Assembly (NCBI GenBank): GCA_017499595.2
Contig: CM039003.1
Coordinates: forward strand, 930,001-994,000
Reading direction: 5' to 3'
From: Psilocybe cubensis
Lineage: Eukaryota
Length of the DNA: 64,000 nucleotides
Shown here piece after piece: positions 26,545-37,914 of the stretch. Positions within the stretch are counted from its first letter, which is position 1, and every line of letters starts with the position of its first letter. The translations under genes and the position numbers were made by a program. Below the pieces are notes generated by a model, which did no database searches, was not told the origin of the DNA, and was given only the letters and a program-made list of their open reading frames with translations.

Positions 26545-27530
26545 ACATTTGGAAGGCTGAAGGTTGCATGAATATACATCTAGAAATGTTATTTGATGCC
26601 TCTTGGTGTCGGAATCAAAATGACATCTGTGAGCAGTAAATTAACCACAATAACATCTGTGAATGAGGTTTAGTTTGCTGGAAGGGGCGTATAAATCAAC
26701 ATTTGGAAGGTTAAATCTTGCATAAATACAGATCTGGCAATGCTATTTGACGGTCCTCGGACTCGGAATTAAAACAGCATCTGGCAGGCTCAACATTGCA
26801 TGAATACACATCTGGAAATGTTATTTGATGCCTCTCGGAGCCGGAATCAAAATGACATCTGTGGCCAGTAAATTAACCACAATAACATCTGAGAATGAGG
26901 TATATGCTTGCTTGAAGCGGTGTGTAAATCAACATTTGGAAGGTTAAATCTTGCATAAATACACATCTGGCAATGTTATTTGATGGTCCTCGGACTCGGA
27001 ATTAAAACAGCATCTGGCAGGCTCAACATTGCATGAATACACATCTGGAAATATTATTTGATGCCTCTCGGAGCCGGAATCAAAATGACATCTGTGGCCA
27101 GTAAATTAACCACAATAACATCTGAGAATGAGGTATATGCTTGCTTGAAGCGGTGTGTAAATCAACATTTGGAAGGTTAAATCTTGCATAAATACACATC
27201 TGGCAATGTTATTTGACGGTCCTCGGACTCGGAATTAAAACAGCATCTGGAAGGCTCAACATTGCATGAATACACATCTGGAAATGTTATTTGATGCCTC
27301 TCGGAGCCGGAATCAAAATGACATCTGTGGACAGTAAATTAACCACAATAACATCTGAGAATGAGGTATATGCCTGCTTGAAGCGGTGTGTAAATCAACA
27401 TTTGGAAGGTTAAATCTTGCATAAATACACATCTGACAATGTTATTTGCTGTCCCTCGGATTCAGAATCAAAACGGCATTTGTAAGGTTAAATGGGCCAT
27501 GAATACACATCTTGCAATGTTATTTGACCC
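26545..27530. repeat. Subterminal tandem array, 233-bp unit, about 4 copies
   Basis: GGCTCAACATTGCATGAATACACATCTGG starts at 26787, 27020 and 27253 (period 233). Flanking copies are diverged. Each unit has several CATCTG/CATTTG motifs. Confidence 0.93.
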
Positions 27531-28084
27531 CCCTTGGAGACGGAAACAAAAAGAGATCTATGAGGCCATAAATCATGTTATATATAATCTGAGAATGCCT
27601 ATCAGATGCGCTCAACATTGCTGTGCCAAAATTAATTGTTAGACCTTGAACCAGCACAAACATCTGCAGAAAAAGAAAAAATTCAGTAGTGCTATGGTTG
27701 TATAATAGGCTGGGTAGTCTTGTTGACTGCCCCCCTATTTTATTGCTCCTGTAGCTTCCTACCAAAAGTCAGTAGATTCTGTAGATTTCTTAGTCATATA
27801 TGTAGCTTTTGTAGTCTTCTGTAATTTTAATAAATAGTATAATATTAATCTATAGGTACTACATTGCTAACTATATATTTTTATGCGCAATTTAATATTG
27901 AGTAAAAATCATTAATAGGACAGTTGATATCATTAATATCTTTATTAGCCATTCTACTCCGTCCAATTAGCTGACTTTGGATAGTAAGCCTCCATCCAGT
28001 CTAACAACATATTATACCTCTATCTAACTCTCTTCAACTTGTCTACTATCAGAATCTGTTAAGTAAATAACAACAGAAAAGATA

Positions 28085-28155
28085 TGGTTAGGACTAGAAT
28101 TGAACCAATGACTCCCAAGTATGTTGCCAATACTTTACCACTGAGCTATATGACC
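28085..28155 (-). pseudogene. Degenerate tRNA-like sequence
   Basis: Minus strand reads GGTCATATAGCTCAGTGGTAAAGT...ATTGGTTCAATTCTAGTCCTAACCA, with A-box TAGCTCAGTGG and B-box GGTTCAATTC at tRNA spacing. The T-stem pairs; the anticodon stem does not. Confidence 0.65.
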
Positions 28156-28339
28156 TATAAATAGATTGAGAGTTATATGTCAATATCCACTATTGAATCC
28201 ATTATTTGGACTCTGTGTTTGTTTGTTAACATTGACATTAGTATTGTTGTTATTCCACTTATTCTATTCCATCTAATTCCATATCATAAAATCCCATAAC
28301 TCAATTGACATTTATGCTATAGTCCATATTGTTTTGTAA

Positions 28340-28411
28340 AGTCTTATGGTCTACTGGTTAAGGACAGTCTATTTTTGGCTAAGGTTGACAGTTCAATCCT
28401 TGAGCAGGCCA
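28340..28411 (+). pseudogene. Degenerate tRNA-like sequence
   Basis: AGTCTTATGGTCTACTGGTTAAGGAC...GACAGTTCAATCCTTGAGCAGGCCA, with A-box TGGTCTACTGG, D-arm GTCT/GGAC and B-box AGTTCAATCC; 72 nt. Confidence 0.55.
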
Positions 28412-28739
28412 TTTATTTCGCTCGCAGACTACAAAGTCTATAAGTATATTGTAAGTACTACTGTATGTTGCATGGGCCTTGATTATATAGTTTCCATAAA
28501 TTACTGTATATTGTGAATACAATGTATTAAACCTATGTAATGAAAATATATTAGATAATGATGTTATGTAAGGCTACTAAGTGCAAAAAAGGCTACTGGA
28601 AAGTGTGGTTACTACGGTGTCTACTGTAATATAGGTGTGTACTACTGAAAAAAACCTTTTCCGCTGATGAATTTCCATTCGAAAGTTTGACTTGACAATG
28701 TAGGATATGATTTGCATACACTATCTGTACTCTACTGAG

Positions 28740-31700
28740 CTATGCAGTATCAATCTGCATAGTATCATTAACATCATCAATTCCATATGTAACAACCTTG
28801 ATGCCTTTTAATCTCGCCTTCAATTCTTCCCCAAGGCGAGTGAAAGAGACCATCATTAGATGTGTCTCACGTGAAAATTTCCCTCGTGGTCGGTGATCAT
28901 TGTAGATATCGCTTGCGGTCAGCATTGTTGCCGAAGTGAAAAGCTTGATCACAAATGCGCGGATGCGAGGCGGAAATACATCAGTCTTCATTGTTTCTTC
29001 AACGCTTTGAAGTTTGGGATTGGTTGATCGGATTGACAGTGTCTTCCAGAAGTAAAAGTCAAGGAGGACATTGTCTATAAGGCATCCACAATTCATGTGG
29101 CCTTCCTGAGGCGCAGCGCTATAGTCCGCACGGTAGGCCACTCCAGCTATATGGGTTTTGTTATCGCACTTCTTCACCATCGAGCTACGTTTGTGATAGC
29201 GGCACACTAGGTTGAGGTGAGAGGTCATGTGAATCCCAAGTGCAACTTGGCGGTGTGTAATGCACAGCTCAGGATGCATAAACTGAAGCATTCGTAACGC
29301 TTTACGATGCTTGACCTTCAGACTTGGGAGTTTTCCGGTTTCTAGGAACTCTTGAATAGAATTCTGAGCCCCATCTACTAAACTTTAGTGATCCATATAA
29401 GTAGAATAAAGCTGTAAAACAACGCACCACTAAGCGCCTGAAGCTCCGCACCAGTCATCCTAGTATACGCCTCCATTGCCTTTCTAAAATCACCAGCAAT
29501 TCCATCCTCTCCAAAAGCACCGGACAATGAATCTTCCCCCTCTGCCACCGAGGGAATTTGGGGGACTAGAACATCTGGAACAGATCCTGTTGGCTGATGT
29601 GCAGATTTCTCTGGCCTCTTTCGAGTGTTCAGCTGATCACGAATGGAAGACAACTCTTGCTCAATGGTACGTAGCTTTTCTTGAATATCTGCAAGATTTT
29701 GACTTGTCGCCGTCTTGAGAGAATTGGAAACAAGGGTCCTTTCCTTTCTCAAAACTTTCCGTCGATCCTCAAGGGGCTTGCGGTTCTGCTGCTCTCGATA
29801 CGCACGTTCATGCTGGATAATTGCAGCTTGAAGTTCGCCCATCCGTGCAGTTGCTTTCTGACAAATATCATGGTTTGAATCGATAGCTTGCAAAGCACCA
29901 CGTATCTCGTCCATGGTTCTTTGTTTTGGGCTGCATATATCAGCCTCTAGCTCAGCTGTCTTGCAGTTAACCGAAGCAAGGAACTGGGAAATTTGCTCAA
30001 GCTCTGCCGTAATCTGTTTCTGCAATGGTGGAAGCGACCCGGAAAGTGGGGGCGAGATAAGAGACATCATGGCTAAATCAAAGATTTTCTTAGCTTATAG
30101 TTATAATGAGAATTGTAAATGCGAACCAGTTTGATGTTCTCTGTTGTCTGAGACAGGTATAGCCTTTAAATCCCTCATCTGTATTCGGTAGTATCCATCA
30201 GATGATAGGTTACACTTCAAGTCTTTGGATTACATTACCTTCTTTGTCTTTCTTTCAGATATATTAAGCTCCTTGCTACCAGTTACAATTTTATCAAGGT
30301 CTTGTAAGTCAGTGTCTTTGAATAGTTCCATTGCCTCAATAAAAGAATAGTCAATATAAAGTTGGAACCGCTAGTGTGGAACTGAAATTACCTCCTTATT
30401 ATGGTCCTCTAACCGATTTGATTGGGTTTCAGCATCGTCAACTGAGGTCGTTGGCACGGTCTGGCAATGAGTAAGAGTTAGATTTAACATATAGATATAT
30501 AGATTTGTGCAAAATGGCGTTCGGGACTCCAGATTTCGCAGTGGCATCATATCACATTCTAGAATGTTAAATTGTCAAACACTGAGTATAACTCAGCACT
30601 AAACCCAGTGAGATGCGATTTGGCATCTCAAAATGGAGATTTGGTTATATCTCCTCAGAATCAAGACACGCAATTTGGCACTGCAGATGTAGAATCCCCA
30701 AAAACAATATGCACGTACCATAATTGCATCGTCATTTACGTTCCCAGTATTCTGCACCACACATAAGCCAATATTTGACTTTGCACCGGTGCATATCATA
30801 CCTTATCACTTGTAGTCTCTACTACGTTATGTTTCTGAGAGTTCCCATTGATCATCACATTTGAACATGGCGCTTCCTATCACGGAGAAGAGTTGTATTA
30901 GGTTCAAGTTCATGCAATTGAGAAATAAGATGATAAAACACACCATTGGGTTTGACGTGTCTGTGTCAATTTCCATCATCCGGGAACCGTGATCCGGTGC
31001 TGTACTGGTAGAATTATGAACACCAGAAGAAGGAAAAGCTGCTGCGCTGTCAGCAGGGGTGCTAATAGGTGAATTGGCAGCCGGAGATGACGTTGAAGAG
31101 GGCCTAGGATCCATGGAATCATTTGAAGATGTTTCACCAGTAGGAGCAAAATTCGGAGCGGATAATGTAGTAGAAAGGGTTTGAGCAGTAGAAATCGAAG
31201 TCGGCAATTCCACAGCAGGCAATTTGAGGGCAGAAATGGAGGCAGACAGGAGTGCAGAAACGGGTGAGCCAGAAGCAAGACTGGGATCAGGCAATGCCGC
31301 AGCAGCAAAGTGAGTGACAGGTGAATTCTGCAGTATTGGATCAATCATGTCTTGCTGATCCAGCACGATTGCATTGCCCAGGCTATCACCCTAACAAAAA
31401 CAATACGTAGATTAGTTTTTAGGTCTTTAAAATATCCAGTAACACACCTTTGTGGTGTTGAGAGCTGGAATCTCTTCCATTTGTACGTTAACTTGCTCTC
31501 GCTTCACTTTCTTTCCACGGGGACCGTCAAATCTTGTCTCATAGGTCTCTCGGAGCCTCTTAACCTTCTCTTGAGCATCATGCAAGCGCTCTTGATCCTG
31601 CGCCGACAGTCCCTTAGGTGGCGCTGCCTTGCGCAAAGGCTGTTTTTTGGACTTTGAGGGTAGCAAGGACTGCATTAGCTCCTCGCATTCCTTCTCTGCC

Positions 31701-31860
31701 GCAACTATAGACAATTTGGAAATCAAAACAGACATTATAAACTGCAAATATCTTACCTAGCTCGGCTCTCTGCACCTCCGCATCGAGGTAGGAGAAATCT
31801 GCATTGTATTAGACCAATATCATCGATAGCGCCCAATGACTTACCAAACTCTGTTTGCAT
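28740..31860 (-). CDS. Transposon cargo gene, hypothetical multi-exon protein (Ser/Pro-rich and coiled-coil regions, C-terminal HMNCGC motif); may be more than one gene
   Basis: ATG at 31860 (MQTEFDFSYLDAEVQRAEL) splices in frame into ORFs 31427-31747 and 30827-31366. Further same-strand ORFs lie at 29378-30070 and 28740-29291. The middle exons were not fully resolved. Confidence 0.55.
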
Positions 31861-32120
31861 TGTACGTTCAAACCTCCAAAAATGACAATATAAGATGTGG
31901 AATTGTTCAAGCGTCGTCAAATTCTACCAGGTCTGTATCAAACAATTTGAAAAGTCACTCAATGTACATTTCAAAATGTCATTTTATGCTGTGGTGTAGA
32001 AAATATAGCATTGAAGAATGTAAATTACATACCAACAGGATGTCGGCTCAGCCCATGTGAGATGTCTTGGAATGTGTAATTCCTAATTCCCAAACTGGAT
32101 GCACCAGTAAAGCACACATT

Positions 32121-32532
32121 CCAGTCCGTTTAGTCGCATCAGGCTGCGTTGACTCGCATCAGATCGCATCCCAATCTCATATATGGTCCAAGCGGAATTC
32201 ACACTTTCCAGTCCGTTTAGTCACATCAGGTTGCATTGAGTCGCATCAGGTCGGATTTGCATGAGGTTGCGTTGAATTGCATGAGGTCGTATCCCGATCT
32301 CATACATGGTCCAAGCGGAATTTCAGGTAGTTGAAGCGAAGGCCAGCCACCAAGTACAAGATTGGATAGCCCTTACCCACCGGGTCCGCTTTAACTTCCA
32401 CCTTGCATCTCTTCCCCCCTTTCCACCACGAGGTCATGTGGGTCAAGAATATATAGCCCTTACCCACCGCGTCTGCTTTAACTTCCATCTTGCATATCTT
32501 TCCCTCTTTCCACCGCAAGGCCATGTGGGTCA
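32121..32532. repeat. Two adjacent ~87-bp tandem duplications between divergent cargo genes
   Basis: CCAGTCCGTTTAGTC at 32121 and 32208; ATAGCCCTTACCCACCG at 32366 and 32453. Confidence 0.8.
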
Positions 32533-32553
32533 CCGTTTAGTTTTACTTAGGAG

Positions 32554-33439
32554 ATGTCTTCTCAAGGTAAGGTTCCTATCTCCTCAGTCTTTTTGTTACT
32601 GCTTACTTATTTCTATTGTCAGACTCTGATAAAGGTCAGCTCGTGTAGACCGTCTCACTATGAAGTATTGAACTGACAGCTTATGTATGTAGGTGTGCCT
32701 TGCATTGAATGTCAATGTAAGGACTGCCAGTGTCATTGTCATTGTTCTGGTGCAACTGGAGATGAGCTTCCACCACCCGATGAGAGGTGGTATAGCGTAG
32801 TAGTTGGACGGTCTCCTGGCGTTGTCCAGGGACAGTAAGTCTTCTGTTTAACTTCTTGATTCTGAATGCTTATCTTGACTCCAGGGACCATGCAGAGCGT
32901 AACTGGAGGGGTGTATCTGGAGGTGCTGCTTTTTACTGTCCAGATAGGCCTAGTGCAGAGCAGCATTTTGTCTCTGCCTTGCATCGTGGCGAAGCTGTTC
33001 ATGTCATTCCTGAGGTTCGGATTAGACTTGGTAGTCAAGACCGTGCCACGCTTCCCGGATTCCGTGTGCATGACCCTTGTAAGTTTTCTAATCTTTCTGC
33101 TTCATATTTTAAATTATTTACTCCTTCCAATTAGATAGTCCTGAGAACGCAACTTGGGTTGTTGTTTCAGTGGGGCGAGAGCCCGGGATCTACCTTATTG
33201 ACTCCAGGTGTGTTTCAATCACTCTTTGTTAGTCCCGGTTCTCAAATAATGTATACAGCTATTCTGGATATGGTCTTACCCTTACCTCCAACGTGAACGG
33301 GGTTAGTGGCGGCCATGTCATTAAATTTAAAAGCAGGTCTGCCGCCGTAGAGGAGTTTGAACGCATGTTGTCGGTGTCATTGATTGTCCGTGTTGTTACC
33401 GAAGTTAGAGCAGTACTTATGTCTGATGGTGTGGAGTAA
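32554..33439 (+). CDS. Transposon cargo gene: Cys/His-rich N-terminus plus two RNase H1 N-terminal (hybrid-binding / caulimovirus viroplasmin-like) domains
   Basis: Six exons splice in frame: MSSQDSDKGVPCIECQCKDCQCHCHC...RWYSVVVGRSPGVVQGQDHAERNWRGVSGGAAFYCPDRPSAEQHF...TWVVVSVGREPGIY...SNVNGVSGGHVIKFKSRSAAVEEF...GVE*. Confidence 0.72.
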
Positions 33440-34477
33440 ACTATACATTCCTATGTAGTATGGATTGAAAAATTACATTGCTTATGAGTCTGGAAATGTG
33501 TTAATCAACTGCGCTTTGATGTTTAAGAGTGAAGCTGCTTCAACGTCAAGCTTTGTGAAGGCATCGGCTGTTTCCACAAATCAGGTAGCGTGAGAATCTT
33601 GACTTAGTCTCACCTGTGTGTTCACGTTAACGCTTCAAATGCTTCATTGATTGCTCAATCGTTCAACACAGACGTAATTCATCATCCCGAATGAGTCTAC
33701 CCAGACATAAAGTAGGTTTTGGCTACCTGATTAAAGAAACCCATGGTCTATTTATCAGCCATTTGATGCACAGTACTATGACGAGAGATTTGGGAACTAG
33801 AAAAAGCAGATTGTGAAAAGTCGAGTTTCTGACTTGAATGAGCAATCATATCACTGTAGAAGATGTTCTTAGGTTTGTGTTTTCCAAGTCAAGATGGTAG
33901 TTTAGTCACGTTAATAGAAAAGACTTTGAAAAACTCGACCTGATATCACTGTGAACACTTTCTCTATATATCTAGTCTTGTCAGACAATGTGCACAATTG
34001 TATCACTGTATAAAATGACTTGACACTCATGTTCTCTGAGTCAAGATAGTGGTTTAGTAGCGTTGATAGAAAATTCTTTAAAAAACTTGACCCCATTCCA
34101 TTATGAACACTTTCTCTATACACCTAGGTCTATACAGCAGTTTCGTCAACAGTAACAATGTTGAAATAATGTGTCACATTACATAGCTGTCTACAATGTC
34201 TGTTACAAGAGACACAATCCAATATATGTGTATGTGATGTATATGATCTAGTACTAGTCATTTGTATCATAGGAGCTACAGAATTTCGTGTTTAGTACTG
34301 AATGACAAGTCGCATACACAACTGGCAGTCGCATATCTGATGTATCTGAGGTCGCATACGGTCGGGCCGCATACCAGGTCACATACACCGCATTTATTCG
34401 TGCTATCACCTCGCATTTATTCATACCATCACAATCTTACATTCAAGCTTACCTTTACAAACATTGTCCTTTTCTTA

Positions 34478-35236
34478 ATGGCCCCCCAAAAACATAGCAA
34501 TCAACGTGTTGGTGCCGATGGAAAAACAAAGCATCAAAGATATTTAGAAAAGTATAACGCTATTCTCACTGTCTTCAGTGCTTACTGACAAACTTTTAAA
34601 GGAATCGCTCGAAAATATATGCTAACAATGCTCGACGAAATCGTGAACGCCGTCAAAGACAGTAAGACTCTTAATTTGTACACTACACATGACACATACC
34701 TAAAGGCTCTTAGAAAGATGGAATCTGCTTGTACTCCCTCCCCTTCTTCAACTGTATCCCTTCCTGAAGTCCCTGCCGACGTCTCAGAAACTCGAAATGT
34801 CTGTATACAGACCCATATTTCCCTCATCCATTCGTCTTCAATGCATCGACCCCATCCTCGGATGCAAATTGCTCGTCTCAGCACACCAGAATTAGACAAT
34901 GAGGAGTTGATGCATTTCAAGAATCGCGAAAAGTCACTGGAACTGCTAAATCGCACTGTCGAGATACAACAAGAAATCACACTATGGGAGGAACTAATGA
35001 GCGACAAGTGGTCTTATTATTATGGTTGGATTATCAACTTTGATTTTAAGGGTACCACATACGAGCAAGTGACGAGCGAGGTGATGGAAAGAGTAAGCAA
35101 GTTGCTCCATGAGTGGTGTGCACTTGTGACAGACTCGGTCCCACAGGATTTCGATTACAAGACTGCAATCAAGCATATACAGGAGCTTACCATTGCCTTA
35201 AACTTCATGCAGAAGTTGAGCGACAATTCTGATTAG
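34478..35236 (+). CDS. Transposon cargo gene, hypothetical protein with a basic N-terminal helix
   Basis: MAPQKHSNQRVGADGKTKHQRYLEK splices to NRSKIYANNARRNRERRQRQ and then into the long ORF ending at 35236. Confidence 0.55.
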
Positions 35237-35587
35237 TATTGTAGCTATTTTTCAATCCAAAACTTGGCAGTCGTCTTGTCTCTATGTGCATAGCTTCTTC
35301 ATTTGAACTTGTCCATGTGGTATAGTGGATAAGCAAAACTTTGAGTTAATTTGCAATGCAAATCTCTTGGATCCAATTCTTAATGCCTCCATGTTTAGCT
35401 TAAAAGGGCAGCACATTCAATTGCTGTAGCCAGTATAATCAGCCATGGAAATGATTTGTAGCAATCCCATGTGCAACCAAGTTCTGTGTCAAACACTGAT
35501 CACAAAGACAGTATATATCTACACCAATGTATGTGTCCAGTCTCACGATAATCTACGTTTGGCTTATCTATTTCATTCATATAGACG

Positions 35588-36266
35588 GGATTATTCTATT
35601 CAGAAACCCCAGAAACCCTAGAAACCCCATAGAAACCCCCAAAATTCATAAAATCGTTATGAATGTTGTGGATGAAGGTGTGATGAATGTTCAGAATGCC
35701 GTTTCGGCGGATTAGGTAGGAGCTTGTATTCTCATGCGGGCCGTTTCAAGTGGCCACTCGGGTGCGTAGGTGCAACTTCGCTCAAAAATGGAAAAAGCAG
35801 TAAATTAACAAGTTAAAAGCCTAGAAACCTCTGTATAATGTAGCTCTTTGTACCTACCACCACTACTATACTCTCTAGTAATTTTCTTGTATCTTATAGT
35901 ACTCTGGATGCCCTACCTCGGTGTTCATAAACATCAAATATGATATCCCCTCGAATAAATAACCGTTAAACGACTCGAAAGTCCACTGAATGTGTTTGGT
36001 GAGTTTCATTGGCACTATGGCTTGCATTAGAAACGTTAGCGTAGAGGAATTTAACAATTGAATGTATTTACATGAAGACGATCAACTACTGATTCAAAAG
36101 CAATGACGACGGCACGACACGGCAGACCAGAAAAGCTAGGTCGGACCTTAGACCTCCCATACATGTTCAAGCAGGGGTTTAGAATGTTGCTTCGAGGACT
36201 ATTCAGAAACCCCTGGGGTTTCTGGGGGTTTCTAGGGGTTTCTGGGGTTTCTGAATAGAATAATCC
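35588..36266. mobile_element. Nested MITE, Mutator (MULE)-like, 679 bp
   Basis: Near-perfect ~42-bp TIRs GGATTATTCTATTCAGAAACCCCAGAAACCC..., flanked by a perfect 9-bp direct repeat ATATAGACG (35579-35587 and 36267-36275). Confidence 0.9.
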
Positions 36267-36646
36267 ATATAGACGCTTCAGGGACTTCCATTGATCTGGA
36301 GTCTGCGATCAATGACTGGTACCCCCGTCTTGGCCAATGAAAAACACTTGTTTCACTTGATACAGACACCGAGCATTCCCTTTTTTCGACTTGTCAAGGA
36401 ATCTTCAGGAATGGCAGAGAAAGTGACGCATTTTTGGACCCTTTTTAATCCACATGAGCCCCTTTGTGATCCAGATTTACACATTGTGTTACGACGGAAG
36501 GATGTTCCGGAGCAGGCTTGCATAGGGTTGGATCGTTTGACTACACTAGTTAAGCTCAAGGACAGCTGGGTGTTTTAGATATGTAGATAACTAGCAAAAC
36601 AACTATTTACGCCCACTAAAAGAGCTGACAAATATGTACACAATAT

Positions 36647-37914
36647 CTAGCTAGGGAGTAAACCATGAAGCTCCTGATACCGAGCCAACTGTTGAGAAAG
36701 CAAACGCTGGCTGTCACGCTCTGCTGCTATTGCATGCTCCATCTCCTCTGCGTGGCGACGAGATTCCTCTAACTGCTGCTGGAGATTAACATTGTCCTGG
36801 ATACGAGCTTGGATCAAATTCCGGGTGATGGAAGAAAATTGAGTCCCAATATTGCCGGCTTGAGCTGCTGCATCTCTTCGAAGACGCGGAGAAGCGTAGC
36901 TAATTGCGCCAGAGCGAGCAGTGGCATGTTGTGCTCCAATAAACAGCCAGCAACCGGTTTGTTTGGACAGGCCTTCACACTGGAAGCAGTATCAGTCATA
37001 TAATCCCACAAACAAGCTAAAACTGACCTTTTCAACGATTGCATTGATGGAATTTGTGAACTGCTTTACCAGTCGAGTGTTTTCGGATATGGGTGACGGC
37101 AAACTGTGGCCTCGAACAATTTCTATGGTAGATATTGGGTTGGTTAGAGTAGAGAGTAATAAAGGATTTTGGATGTTTAATACTCACGATATACCTCAGT
37201 CCCACGAAGTGCGCCCTGCACATATCCATGGTACGGATTCTGAGCACTTGTTCTAGGTGGCTTAGGGTGCGAAGGAGTAGTACGAGTTCGCAATGTTAAC
37301 TGGGCCAAACTACTTGAGGTCATTGATAAAATTGACGCAGTTTCCTGGAGCAACGACGAGCTTGTTGGGGTTCCGGGCGCGGAAATAGATGGAAACGTTG
37401 TGCTTGGTACCGTTGCAGAAGCACTGGAGGTAGGGTGATCTTCTGGACCTGTCAGTGGTGCAGAAATTTCAGGCCTCTCATCGTTTTCAGAAGCACTTGC
37501 AGAACCACGTTCCATCGCATCCACACTAGGTTCACGCAGACTCTATATTAGAGTAGACAATAATGTTCAATGTCAAAACCGGAGTTCATAGTATTCTCTT
37601 ACCTGTAAAGCCTGTTGTTCCGCAATATACTGCTGCCCCTTTTTGGTATGGATGCACTGCGACCGCAAAGGCCTTCCCGGACATCTTTTACACCTAGCAT
37701 CCTGACGTGAAGCCTTGAAAAATGTGCTTCAGATGACACGTCATAACACAGCATTGAATGCAGACGACATACAGTGATAATGGGCCCCTTTTTAGTACCT
37801 CCATTGCGTTTCTAAAGATCTGTAAGACACTGAAAATTCTGGATAGTAACTTCTCACCTTGTGTGGTGTAGACTCTACCAGTGTAGAGGCCTTTGCCGCC
37901 CGCTGTTTTGCCAT
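36647..37914 (-). CDS. Transposon cargo gene, hypothetical protein with a CxxC-x8-CxH motif and C-terminal coiled coil
   Basis: ATG at 37914 (MAKQRAAKAS); one exon encodes ARCKRCPGRPLRSQCIHTKKG; Ser/Thr-rich ORF 37177-37524; last exon QQQLEESRRHAEEMEHAIAAERDSQRLLSQQLARYQELHGLLPS*. Confidence 0.55.

Larger units (their letters stand above)
27661..28669. mobile_element. Possible nested non-autonomous element (~1 kb, AT-rich) with imperfect terminal inverted repeats
   Basis: Left end CATCTGCAGAAAAAGAAAAAATTCAGTAGTGC versus reverse complement of the right end CATCAGCGGAAAAGGTTTTTTTCAGTAGTAC. GTAG-rich left arm mirrors a CTAC-rich right arm. No convincing TSD. Confidence 0.5.

Noticed and set aside
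26545-27530. CRISPR-like appearance of regularly spaced repeats
   Set aside because: Whole 233-bp units repeat with no unique spacers; eukaryotic context and no cas genes.
35601-36252. AGAAACCCT/AGGGGTTTCT runs as interstitial telomere repeats
   Set aside because: They are not TTAGGG arrays and are explained as the TIRs of a MITE with a TSD.
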